A stretch of DNA of 64,000 nt from Zygnema circumcarinatum SAG 698-1b (Eukaryota; Plantae; Zygnematophyceae): the NCBI GenBank assembly GCA_037447605.1, contig CM074805.1, positions 3,381,361 to 3,445,360 of the forward strand, in the 5' to 3' direction. The notes under the pieces are model-generated. The model did no database searches. It had not been told where the DNA came from and saw only the letters and a program-made list of their open reading frames with translations. Within the stretch, counting starts at the first letter, position 1; every line of letters begins with the position of its first letter. Below are positions 10,930 through 22,579 of the stretch, one piece after another. Both the position numbers and the translations under genes were made by a program.

Positions 10930-12973
10930 ACGATAGTGAGTCTTTACACGCAGCTTGGGAAGATGAAAATGTCCTCGGATGAGAAACTGAGTGAATATAT
11001 GGTCAGGTTTGATACCTTGATGGAGAGGTTCATAGCTCTACAGAAACCGTTAGAGAGTGACCATAAGATCAGCCAGTTCTTAGGGGGACTGACCTCCAGA
11101 TTTGATGTAGCAGTCGCAGCGCTTAGGACTGTCCTAACGAACTCGAAAATGACCCTTGAGCAAGTGAAGCGGAGGATCAAGGAGGAGGACACCGTCCAAG
11201 ACACCGGGAGCACCGAGGAGAAGGTGCTAGCGCTGCACTCACGACAAGACCGAAGAGGAGGTGCGCCGAAGTCGGACCGAGGAGAACGCCCTGCGGGAGC
11301 GTGCTACACGTGTGGCAAGACCGGCCACTACTCGGCNNNNNNNNNNAAGATCGGGGAGGAGGAGGCGCGCCGGCATTCGGCAAGAAGGAGAAGAAAGGCT
11401 TCAAGGGGATCTGCTTCAAGTGCAAGAAGCGAGGTCACAAGAGCACCGAGTGCAGAGGGTCGAATGAGACCAATCTGATGATGGCTGAAAGGCCTGAAAA
11501 TTCTGACTTTGTTGGGAAGATCCAGGTTCAGGATCTGAAGCGGCCGTGGTTGATCGACTCAGGCGCTTCCACACACATGTGTGGCGACAAGCAGATGTTC
11601 TCCACGCTGGACACGCTGGAGAGGACCCGATCTGTTCACTCGGCAACCGGAGAGGGAGTGACAGTCACGAAGGGAGGAGTAGTCAAGATGATTCTCGGAG
11701 ACGGCTCTGTCATCTACGAAGAAGAGAGGGAGGAGCGTCTATGTATCGGTGATGTCCTTCACACCCCCGAGCTGAAACAGAACTTCATGTCTGTTAGCCA
11801 GGTGTGTAAGAGGGGGTACGAGATCACATTCAAGGAGAAGTCTTGTGTAGCTACTCATGCAGTGACGGGGAAGCGGCTGTTTGAGGGGTATGAGAAGGGA
11901 GGCCTGTATTATCTTCATTATAGAAGGACAGAGGATGAAGATGTGATGGCTGTGGCTGAAACTGCCATAAATCTCTGGCATCGTAGACTTGGACATCTTA
12001 ACCATCGGGGGTTGCAACAGCTTGCCGCTAAGGGGCTGGTCCGTGGGTTAGACGTAGATGTCGTGGAGAAGGAGCTCGGTTTTTGCAAGGAGTGTGTAGA
12101 GGGGAAGGCGCATCGGAAACCATTCGCGAGGAGCGGAGAGGAGGCGTACCACGCGCAGAAGAAATTGGAGTTGGTTCACACCGACCTTTGTGGCCCCGTA
12201 ACACCGGCAACGAGTGGAGGAGCTCGGTACTTCATCACTTTTCTCGATGATTTTTCGAGGAAAATTTGGGTGAAAATTCTCAAGAACAAGTCTGAGGCTT
12301 TCGGAGCCTTCAGAGATTGGCAGACTCAGATGGAGCGAGAGAGCGGACAGAAACTGAAGACTCTGCGCTCAGACAACGGAGGGGAGTTCAAGTCGAAGGA
12401 GTTCGGCGAGTACCTCAAGACTCGTGGAATTAGGCATGAATTTTCTGCTCCCTACTCCCCTCAAAGTAATGGAGCTGCTGAAAGGGTAAATAGGACGTTG
12501 GGGGACATGGCGCGGACCATGCTGATAGATTCCCCTTTCCCGGCTTCTTTCTGGGGAGAGGCGGTGATGACCGCAGCTTACCTTAGGAATAGATGCCCAT
12601 CTTCTGTGCTCAAGGACCAGGTTCCTGAGGAGGTGTGGAGTGGGAGAAAACCCACGGTTTCCCACCTGAAGGCTTTCGGAGCGCGCTGCTGGTCGACGGT
12701 GCCGAAGGCGAGACAGAAGAGGAAGTTCGACCCGCGAGCCGTTGAAGGGTATGTTCTCGGCTACAACATTGATAGTCACACCTACAGGATTTGGAACCCG
12801 CGAGCGAAGGAAGTGCAGAGCTCGAGGGACATCACGGTGGACGAGAAAGGGGCGGTGACACGGCTAGGTGAGACCCAGCCCCAAAAGGCAGGATTGGAGA
12901 TTGTGTATGAGGACGTGGAGACCAGCGGAGAAGGCGTTGAAGCCTCTCAGGTCCCGGCTTTGGAGGAGATCAG
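10930..12973 (+). pseudogene. pol: Copia family C gag-pol (gag C-terminus, CCHC knuckles, protease, GAG-pre-integrase, integrase), truncated
   Basis: CYTCGKTGH; CFKCKKRGHKSTEC; WLIDSGASTHM; LWHRRLGH; LVHTDLCGP; LRSDNGGEF; PQSNGAAERVNRTL. Confidence 0.93.
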
Positions 12974-15594
12974 TGTTGATGTATAGGTACATCAAGGTGT
13001 TGGTACTTAGTTCCTCGCATGAATGTTGTCCAAGAGATCATGTGTTGATGTAGGGACAATATCATGCATGAATGGTCATGTTTGGTATAGGACCAAACAT
13101 GGGGGATGCCCAAATGTTAGGGCAATGTACGAAAGGTCTAGGGAAGGTCTAGGGTCGTGAGATTTACGGCTAGGTGAGACCACACAAGGAGGGCGCTCAA
13201 TGCCATCACCGCTGGTCTGAGCCACTGGGAAACGACAATGACCGCGCACAAATCTGACCTTAGGCTTTGGGTATGAGCTGATCTGCATGAAATGACATGA
13301 TTGGTCGTGCCAGCAGTGATACTTTGCCATCACCCTCGAAGCCGTGAACATAACTCATGATTAGGTATGTCCTTCGGCACGGATTTTGGTCGGTGTCGAG
13401 GCAATGGGGCGGAGTCAGGAGGACGTAGCGCCGACGCCGCAGATTCGGTGCGACAAGGCGCGCGCCGTAATGTCGGCGCTAGCTGAATCGGCGAGAGGCG
13501 CTGCATCGCCAGTTGTTCATGTGGAGGACAAAGGGCGTAATCGAAGGCCACGCGTCGATCTGCAGGCCTGTAGGGCCTAGGTCGGGTGGCGCACTCATAG
13601 GGCTTACGGGGTCCCACATGCAGTTGAGTTAGTGAGGAGTCAGATCGCACGTGCAGGACGAGATCAAGCATTGCAGGCCGAAGTTGGATCCTACTTTTGG
13701 CCGAGGAGCCGGATCCGCAGGAGCCAAGGAGGATCCGACGGCGCAAGGTTAGGATCAGGATAAGGCCCTTGCAAGGCGCTGCATGGGTGGCCGTGACATG
13801 ACGGCGTCACGTGACAAAGGCCGCCATGGTATATGAGGGAGCAAGCTTGGCTTCCTACCTACTCACTCACCACTGAACGCTATGTCAGCCAACCTTCTCG
13901 CTAGGGAAGAGGGCGCAGGCCGTGAGGCCTTGAGGAGTCCGGCCTTGTGTAGGAGGTCGTGAAAGAACTGTCTCTCATCATGGTTAACTCTAGTGAAAGA
14001 GTTAGAGATGTGTCCCTCTCGTGTTGAGGTAGAGGAGAAGTTCCAGCAAGCATATAGTGCTTAGCTACTACAGTTGGGGTGTAAGCTGCCTATCAGTGGA
14101 TAGGGTAGTGCTCATGAGAGGAGGAGAATCGGGCATAAGGTTATATGTAGATTTCCTAAGAGAGCTTGTATTACACCTATGAATGTTAAGGAGTTTTAGG
14201 GCCGAGGGCTTGTTGTTGCAGCGCCCTCCATGCGTGGGGCTGCCACTTCTCCTCTAGCACTTGTAGAACTCGACATTTTCAATGAATTGCTCAATCACAC
14301 AAAGCACACTAAATGCAAGAGAACAACTCAGCGGAAATATGAAAATGTAAGGAGAAAGCCACCAGCCTAAAACTCCTTAAGATAAAGATGAAATACAACT
14401 TGACAACACTAGAGCCAAGCTTCAAGCACCTCTTCTCAAGCTACGTGAATAAACCACCCACTACAAGCTGAACTCTTCCCACTATCTTCTTGGCCCTAAG
14501 CAAGACAGCCTCACTCCCAATGTGAGTCACGAGAAGGTTAACTTCTACCAAACAATCTAAGCCTTAAATACAATATGGCGCCATTAGTGACATTGTCACG
14601 TCACGGCCGCACATGCTACGCCTTGCAAGACCCTTATCCCGATCCTAATCTCGCGCCGTCGGATCCTCCTCAGCTTGCACGGATCCAGCACATCAATGCC
14701 GTCAGATCCGCCTCAGCCTTATCTCCATCCGAGTCCTCCACCGTAGGATCTGACTCCTCATTACTTGGCGTCATGTGGGACCCCGTAAGCCTACGAGCGC
14801 CACCGACCTAGGCCGTACAGGCCTTCCCTTTAACCCGACACGTGGCGCCTTCCGATTCGCCACTGTCCTCCAAATGAATCATTGCTGACTCCGTACCTTG
14901 TCAGTTCTGCTCCGCGCGCTGATTCGCGCCGCGTCACTTCTCGATTTGTCGCGTCGCGCCACGTCACATCTGACTCCGCCACGCCGCGCCGCGCCACCGA
15001 CCAATGTCCGTACATTCAAGGTCCTGGCCTTACAAATCGTACCACTGATTGGCTCCACCGACATTCTGATGCCTTGCCTTGCCAAATCAGACTCGCGCGC
15101 TATACGCACACCCCTTAAAGACTTGTACGGTCGCCTAGACGCCCCTCCGTACAATGTGGACACTTTTGAGCACACCCCTCCTTAGAACTTAGTACCAACA
15201 ACTTAGTGTACAACAAGTCCTTAACTACTTTACACTAACAGGGCTTTCTCCTTATACTTGTGTCATTTGTCACATGTGAGTCCTTGTGTTGGATTGGAGT
15301 GATGGATGAGTGGAGGCGACCATTGTATGGGCGGTGTGTCGCATCACACGTGGAGACCATTGGAGGAGCGTGGAGCTGAAGGAGCCGAGACCATGGAGGA
15401 GATGAAGAAGTGTTCTTGTAGGTGGCGCAATCCGCTGTGCGCACCTGGTGAGGGGAGGAAGAGAAGGCATACTGTGGCGGATGCGGTATGTGGCCTAAGT
15501 AGATGTGGAAGAAGTTTTGGAGTGTTCACTCAAGCATGTTTTATCCTTCCACTAGTCTCTCCTGCCCCCTCACACCAACAAGTGGTATCAGAGC
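12974..15594 (+). mobile_element. Copia-type LTR family D (12974-15580, ~1.57 kb net of an internal solo-LTR insertion) plus PBS 15583-15594
   Basis: TGTTG...CCAACA ends and PBS TGGTATCAGAGC. The uninterrupted 3' part is present inverted at 23839-24456. Confidence 0.82.
14211..15240 (-). mobile_element. Solo LTR (Copia-type, 1030 bp) inserted in LTR D with 5-bp TSD GGGCT
   Basis: TG..CA ends. GGGCT at 14206-14210 and 15241-15245. The empty site is seen in the copy at ~24180. Confidence 0.88.
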
Positions 15595-16889
15595 TTATGG
15601 TTGAAGTCTTGGAGCATTTGGGTGCTTAAGGTTCTGTCCTAGCTTATGGGTGAAATCCTGAAGAGTGCCAAGTGATAGTGAGGGTCCTGGAGCATACTAA
15701 AGTGAGGGATGCAGTTCCTTGAGAGTATGGGTTCCAAAGGGAGAGATCCTTAACTAGAGAAAGAGCTAAAGGGATAGTTCTCTGTGGGAGCCTAGTGGTT
15801 GGCTTAGAGGTACTCAAGAGGATAGATATGGTCAAACTCCTAGTCACGTTGATGGTTTCGTTTGTAGCAAGCAAGTTGCTGAAATAGTCAGCTTGGAGAA
15901 GCTACAGGAAGGAGAGAATNNNNNNNNNNNNNNNNNNNNNNNNNNNNNNNNNNNNNNNNNNNNNNNNNNNNNNNNNNNNNNNNNNNNNNNNNNNNNNNNN
16001 NNNNNNNNNNNNNNNNNNNNNNNNNNNNNNNNNNNNNNNNNNNNNNNNNNNNNNNNNNNNNNNNNNNNNNNNNNNNNNNNNNNNNNNNNNNNNNNNNNNN
16101 NNNNNNNNNNNNNNNNNNNNNNNNNNNNNNNNNNNNNNNNNCGTTTGGGGTGAAGGAGGCCCAAGATCTAGGGTCTAAGAGAGAGAGCTGCCCAAGGAAC
16201 CATTGCTTAAATCCTGACTAGTCTGGTGGACAGAGCTAGTGGAATTGATAGTCACTAAGATGTTAGTGATGGACCACTAAGGAGGAGTTTAGGGAATTCC
16301 CCAAGGAGTAGTGGAGGAGATCAATTCGGAGGTAGGAAGGTCGCAACTTCCTATGAGGAGTCTACTTCACGGAGGAGTAGATGTAGCAAAGGAGTAGAAT
16401 GGATAGAGTCAAAAGGAATTGACAACCATTCAAGGAGGGGCAAGGCTGAAGTCGGACGAGGAGGATTCCACTCTAAGTCGACATTTTGGAGCCGTGAGCT
16501 CGTGGAGATCACATTGCTAACGGACTTGCAGGGCTTATCTTGTGGAGGGATCATTTGGATCCAAGGAGACAGCGTGGTGGCTCAAGTGTGTCCAGACGTC
16601 GACGGAATCTTTGTTTGAAGAGTTTGCTGGGAGTGCACGCCTAGTTTACTCGGGAACAAGATAGTGACCTTTTCGAAGGAGGAGCCGAGTTGTTGATCTC
16701 AAGAGGAGTCAAGAGAAGCTGGTGGATCTCGAAGGAGAAGTGGCGTACAGCTGTCGTGGAAGACAAGGTGAAGTACTTTTAGGCCACAAAAGTTTGTTTG
16801 AAATTTTCCTTAAAAGGTGAATTTATTTTGGAGGCAAGCAGGTGGAGTTAGATGCAGGTTGCTGTGAGTTACATCACATGCAGATGGAG
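15595..16889 (+). mobile_element. Degenerate, apparently non-coding internal region of the family D element (LARD-like), with a large gap
   Basis: Follows the PBS. No recognisable long ORF in the ORF track. Confidence 0.5.
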
Positions 16890-17263
16890 TGTGGCGAAAC
16901 GCTATACATGGGTTGTATGGCCGAGTACTTACATCCGCGGTTGCCTTTTAATGGTAAAGCACTTAGGTGAATACCGGGAGGTCCTGAGTTCGAACCCTGC
17001 TGTAGGCAGGTTCGTTACATTGGTATCAGAGCCAAGGGCCCGGTATTTGCAATCCACCCTAAAAACACCGTGATCTCTGAGCATGGTACGGAACCCGTCC
17101 CTCAGTGGCCTTCGGGACTGAGGCCGTAGTCCATGTGTTGACAGAGCTTGAACGCTGCTCGTGAAAAACCTTGACTGCGCTCGAGGACGAGCCCGGTTTA
17201 GGTGGGGAGGAATGTAGCGAAACGCTATACATGGGTTGTATGGCCGAGTACTTACATCCGCGG
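16890..17263 (+). mobile_element. TRIM (terminal-repeat retrotransposon in miniature): 130-bp 5' LTR 16890-17019, PBS 17021-17032, 193-bp internal region, PPT 17200-17212, 3' LTR from 17213 truncated after 51 bp
   Basis: TG..GTTACA LTR, TGGTATCAGAGC PBS, AGGTGGGGAGGAA PPT. 17213-17263 repeats 16890-16940 with one mismatch. Confidence 0.9.
16943..17008 (+). promoter_or_regulatory. tRNA-derived sequence with Pol III A box and B box inside the TRIM LTR
   Basis: TTAATGGTAAAGC (D-loop/A box), GAA at the anticodon position after T33, AGGTC variable loop, GAGTTCGAACCC (T-loop/B box), TGTAGGC-A 3' acceptor strand. Spacing fits tRNA positions 14-73, but the stems are degenerate. Confidence 0.75.
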
Positions 17264-19170
17264 AAACTTTGGCAGGATCAGGTCGAAGACCCTGATCATT
17301 GAGAATATGCCCAAGATAAAGCAACTCGCGTTGCATGAAGTGACACTTCTTCCTCTTGGCATAAAATTGGTGTTTCCTCAGGGTCTCAAACACTTTCCGA
17401 ACGTGTTCAAGATGTTCCTTCTCTGTCTTACTGAAGACAAGGATATCATCAAGGTAAACTAAAACAAATCCCATGCCCATGCCGCATGAACATTTCGCTC
17501 ATCACAGCCTCGAAAGCTTTCGAGCATTAGTCAATCCAGCGGCAACACCTTATATTGAAATGACCAATCGGGCGCCCGAACGCAGCTTTGCATACACGCC
17601 TTCCGTGAATACGGATTTGATGGTACCCCCAGCAAGATCGAAAGTGAAGTAAACACTGCGCCGCGGAAGACATCCAACAGTATCATCAATACGTAAAAGC
17701 AAAACGGTCTATTTACCCGCCCAGTTTATACCCCACGCACATCCAACGCAACCACCTTCCCAACAAATACATGGGCCTTAAAGGCTTTGATCGGGTTCTA
17801 TCCAGCCCTTTCACGAAAGCTGCTGAATCAGCTGCGATTCCTCGGGTTTCTTCGCTTAACCGATAGATCGTCGCCAAGGGCGTGCTTTTGCTCGTGCTCA
17901 AGAGGGACGTGCCCCACTCCTTGAAGCGGTGCAACCCCCGGAAGGTCGTCGCGGAAAACATCCCCTCAACTCATTCAATGTGTTGATTTTGGTTGAACGT
18001 TTATGAGCACATCCGTAGATGCGGATCCGCCATTCCCCGATCTTCGCCATGAACATCCTCAAAGTGGGTTGTGGCCATGACATGCACCATGAACAAGGTG
18101 CAACCTTCTTTAATTGCTTTGGCCAATTGCATAGCTGAGCAGAGATAAGGAGTAGCAGGCTGCTCGATAGCAGCGGATGTGGCTCTGCCAGGGTGCAGGG
18201 TAAGCCGCCTCTCACCACTGTGCAGAATGCAATGTGGGATAGAAAAGTCCATTTGTGCTTTGACCATGGTTAACCAAGCACTCCCCAAAATAACACCAGT
18301 ACCAGGGGCCAGTTGTGTTAGAAGACACTTGACTGCCCCGGAGTAGGATTGGAGCTTGATCGTGAGTGTGACGCTACCAGAGATCTGGCCCTTGCGTCCA
18401 TCCCCGAAAGTAACACTTTCTGAATGGGGATCTGTGGTCAACCCAAATCTCTGGGTGAACGCAGAACTAACAAAGTTAGCATCTGCCCCAGTATCTAGCA
18501 GTAGAACTGCTGGGTGGCCATTGGCTGACCCGATGAAGGTCATGGCACGATGGGCAAGGTGGAACATAGATCGCACTATATGCGAAGGTTGAGGACGAGT
18601 CGTCCTCCACACCAATGTGTAGGGTGAGCCAACCAGCAAGCTGGTGGATCCTTCCATCTCTTGCACCAACGTGTGCCCTTTCCTCAACTGTTTCACCAAC
18701 CGCCAAGTGGCGTTGGGAAAGGTGCGAACTGCCATGTGCTGAGGAACCAGCACATGCAGCCCAAGGACATGGGAGGTGTTTCCCATGACATGCAAAGCAT
18801 CCATGGCACATTGCATGAGAACATCATCGCCCATGACATTGAGGATAAAGACATGCCAATCACCATTCATCACTACATCCATAAACCCAGAAGGAGTCAC
18901 TACAGTGGCAGGGGAAAGAGAAATGGAAGAAGGGAGTACATCAAACACAAAGAGATCTTGCACTCCCAAAGGCCTGTCCACCAAGTTAAGAATGTCCAGG
19001 GTTCTAAGAAACAAGAGTCTTTTATCCCTGATGGCAGCCCCATTCCCTCCCCCTAGCCTAGCATGTCCACCAGCAACGACCCCTAAGCTGCTGGTGGGTT
19101 GGGGTTTTCCGGCCCCTTGCCCTTCTTGTCCTTGGTGTTCAGAGGGCAATCCCGGGCCTTGTGCCCCTCC
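17264..19170 (-). pseudogene. pol: Second Gypsy A copy: gag 3' end, extra domain, protease, RT (frameshifted, truncated)
   Basis: Near-identical to 6040-8455. VLLLDTGADANF; FVLVYLDDILVFSK (YLDD intact here). Confidence 0.92.
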
Positions 19171-20446
19171 CTCCCCCTTGTTAGGACCCTCGTGATGGGA
19201 TAGAGCGGAGTAGCTTGTACTTCTTCGAAAAGGGGAAGGTGCAGCGATGGACGGTTGCACGATAGCTTGTGGAGCTCGGCATCAAGGAACTCGGACACCT
19301 AAGCTAGAAGAGCTTGAAGATGCTTGCAAGGACCAGGATCTTGAGAGGTGCCTAGGTCCAGAAGTCACAAGAGGAAGAGACGCCGACATGGAGCTGGCGA
19401 GATCGCACTCATGAGGGGATGGCGCTCTTGAGCAAGGTACCGCAACCTTGCATACCTTGTGTGTGATAGAGTTTTGAGGGGGAGGTTTCGTTTCCCTCAA
19501 AGGAAGAAGATAGTAAGTCTCGGCGACTTGGTTGGAGGAGGATGCTACAAGGGTAGCCCAATAGGCCCAATCAAGCTTATCATTAGCGGAGGAGCAGCTA
19601 GACGATGGACCGGTGATGCTGACTTCAGATGACTTCTCTCCGGGATAGGAGACATGAAGAAGGTGCTATGATAGAGGCGGCTGAGCAGTCTTGAAGAGTT
19701 GAAGCGACGAACTTGAAGGTTCGAGGAGCTGCGAGTGATCATGGAGATCAAGAGGCGGCAAGGAGCGCTTGAAGGCGTGGCTGGTGGCAACGGAATCAAG
19801 GGACGAGCAGAGTGTAGGGAATGTCATCATGATGATGGTGCAGTACACTTCCCTTCGTGGTATTCCTTAGAAAGTCACTAAGCTAGAGTGAGGTGTTTTC
19901 AGATGCATATGAAAGGTGCAAGCATTACACTCTTGGAGAAATTGACACGCAATGAAGAAAGTGTCAAGCAGGGTTTGTAGGACCCTGATAAGGGAAGAGG
20001 AACATCCGGTTTGCCAGCTCATTGATGGAGTAAGTGAGCAGAATTGAGACCCCAAAGGTGGAGTACAAGAGGAGGGTGCCAAGATGTCGAAGCTAGAGTT
20101 GGCTTTGGAGGACCAGTCTTTGTACAGGTAGGCTGTTTAGCTTAAGAGGGGGTAGGCAAGGTGTTCAGATTTGACCTTGGCAGATGGCGCTGAGGAGAGA
20201 TTGTCCATGGGGGACATGTGAGTAGAGAGAATGTCCATGGGAGGACATGTGAGTTCATAGTGCGAGGTCCCAGGATCGTGAAGAGGAAGTTGTTGGTGAA
20301 GGCGGCACTTCATTTGGGAGGAGGCCTACAAACAAGTGGCGGAGTACCACGAGAAGGATTCTAGGGACAGATATGAACGACCTCATGTTTATGAGGGGGT
20401 GAGCGGCATATGGAGAAGTTGTCTTCATGGATATGTGAGCTGGGAG
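19171..20446. mobile_element. Degenerate LTR-retrotransposon-like internal sequence, unclassified
   Basis: Composition resembles 15595-16889. Lies between TE fragments; no recognisable domain. Confidence 0.3.
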
Positions 20447-20456
20447 NNNNNNNNNN

Positions 20457-22569
20457 AGGGGGTACGAGATCACGTTCAAGGAAAAATCTTGTGTAGCTAC
20501 TCACGCAGTGACGGGGAAGCGGCTGTTTGAGGGGTATGAGAAAGGAGGCCTGTATTATCTTCATTATAGAAAGACAGAGGATGAAGATGTGATGGCTATA
20601 GCTGAAACTGCCATAAATCTCTGGCATCGTAGACTTGGACATCTTAACCATCGGGGACTGCAACAGCTTGCTGCTAAGGGGCTAGTCCGTGGGTTAGACG
20701 TAGATGTCGTGGAGAAGGAGCTCGGTTTTTGCAAGGAGTGTGTAGAGGGGAAGGCGCATCGGAAACCATTCGCGAGGAGCGGAGAGGAGGCGTACCACGC
20801 GCAGAAGAAACTAGAGTTAGTTCACACCGACCTTTGTGGCCCCGTGACACCGGCAACGAGTGGAGGAGCTCGGTACTTTATCACTTTTCTCGATGATTTT
20901 TCGAGGAAAATTTGGGTGAAAATTCTCAAGAACAAGTCTGAGGCTTTCGGAGCCTTCAGAGATTGGCAGACTCAGATGGAGCGAGAGAGCGGACAGAAAC
21001 TGAAGACTCTGCGCTCAGACAACGGAGGGGAGTTCAAGTCGAAGGAGTTCGGCGAGTACCTCAAGACTCGTGGAATTAGGCATGAATTTTTCTGCTCCCT
21101 CATCACTCCCCTCAAAGTACGGAGTCAGCCGAAAAGGGTAAATAGACGTTGGGGACATGGCGCCGACCACATGCTGGATAGATTCCCTTTCCCCGCTTTT
21201 CTGGGAGAGGCGGTGATGACCGCAGCTTACCTTAGGAATAGATGCCCATCTTCTGTGCTCAAGGACCAGGTTCCTGAGGAGGTGTGGAGTGGGAGAAAAC
21301 CCACGGTTTCCCACCTGAAGGCTTTCGGAGCGCGCTGCTGGTCGACGGTGCCGAAGGCGAGACAGAAGAGGAAGTTCGACCCGCGAGCCGTTAAAGGGTA
21401 TGTTCTCGGCTACAACATGGATAGTCGCACCTACAGGATTTGGAACCCGCGAGCGAAGGAAGTGCAGAGCTCGAGGGACATCACGGTGGATGAGAAAGGG
21501 GTGGTGACACGACTAGGTGAGACCCAGCCCCAAAAGGCAGGATTGGAGATTGTGTATGAGGACGTGGAGACCAGCGGAGAAGGCGTTGAAGCCTCTCAGG
21601 TCCCGGTTTTGGAGGAGATCAGCATGCCGGAGAGCGAAGGAGCTGACTCAGGAGCAATGCCGAACGTCGAGGCGGAGGCNNNNNNNNNNGGATATGGAGC
21701 CCGCGACGGACGCGGAGGTTCAGCGCATGTACGGAGTGCCGTACAGATCTGCTATCGGAAGTTTAATGTACCTAATGATTGGTACTCGACCGGACTTGGC
21801 GAAAGCTGTGAGCACCGCGAGTCGGTTCATGGAGAATCCCGGTCCTGAGCATTGGGAGGCTGTAAAGCGAATCTTTCGGTTCGTACGAGGGACCTTGGAG
21901 TACGGACTCCGTTACGAGAGAGGGCCGAACAGAGTCATCGGGTACACCGACTCTGACTGGGGAGGTGACGTGGACACATCGCGATCGACCTCCGGATTTG
22001 TTTACCTGAACGCAGGTGGAGCGATCTCATGGAGCTCGAAGCTACAGGATTCGGTTGCGTTGTCTAGCACCGAAGGCGAGTACATGGGAGCATGTCACGC
22101 GGCGAAGGAGGGAGTTTGGTTCCAACATTTCTTTGATGAGTGTAAGAGGCCACAACGTCCTTTGACTTTGTTCACGGATAACCAGTCGTCCATTGCTCTT
22201 GTTGAAAACCCTGTGTTTCATAAGAGAACAAAGCACATCAGAGTGCAATACCATTATGTGCGAGAATTGGTAGAGGAGGGGATGATTGTTGTGAAGTTCG
22301 TGGGGACGAAGGAGCAGGCTGCGGATATGTTGACTAAGGGAGTTAGCGGGGAGACACTACTAGTGAATAGCAGACTCATTGGGCTAGGGCCCATGAGGAA
22401 CTAAGTCCCAAGAGGGGGATTGTTAGTGTTAGTGTGCTATAGTTAGACATTGTATGGGTTCACACTAACATTGTTGTGGTCCTCAGTTGGGAAACATGAG
22501 ATCTACTAATAGTAGTCCTAGGAAATATGGTCGGGCCAAATGGCGGTGGCCCGTACGTTTTTCGGGCGC
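20457..22569 (+). mobile_element. pol: Copia family C: integrase, RT C-terminus (core in gap), RNase H, PPT 22411-22420, 3' LTR start 22421
   Basis: VPYRSAIGSLMYLMIGTRPDLAKAVS; GYTDSDWGGD; ALSSTEGEY; FHKRTKHI. AGAGGGGGAT is followed by TGTTAGTG, matching 2859. Confidence 0.93.
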
Positions 22570-22579
22570 NNNNNNNNNN

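Noticed and set aside
16943-17008. Functional tRNA-Phe(GAA) gene
   Set aside because: The 5' acceptor strand is deleted, and the anticodon and T stems are mispaired. Treated as a tRNA-derived promoter within an LTR instead.
20457-21620. Second copy of the Copia integrase nearly identical to 11815-12973
   Set aside because: Gap-bounded; either another family member or an assembly duplication. Not informative in itself.
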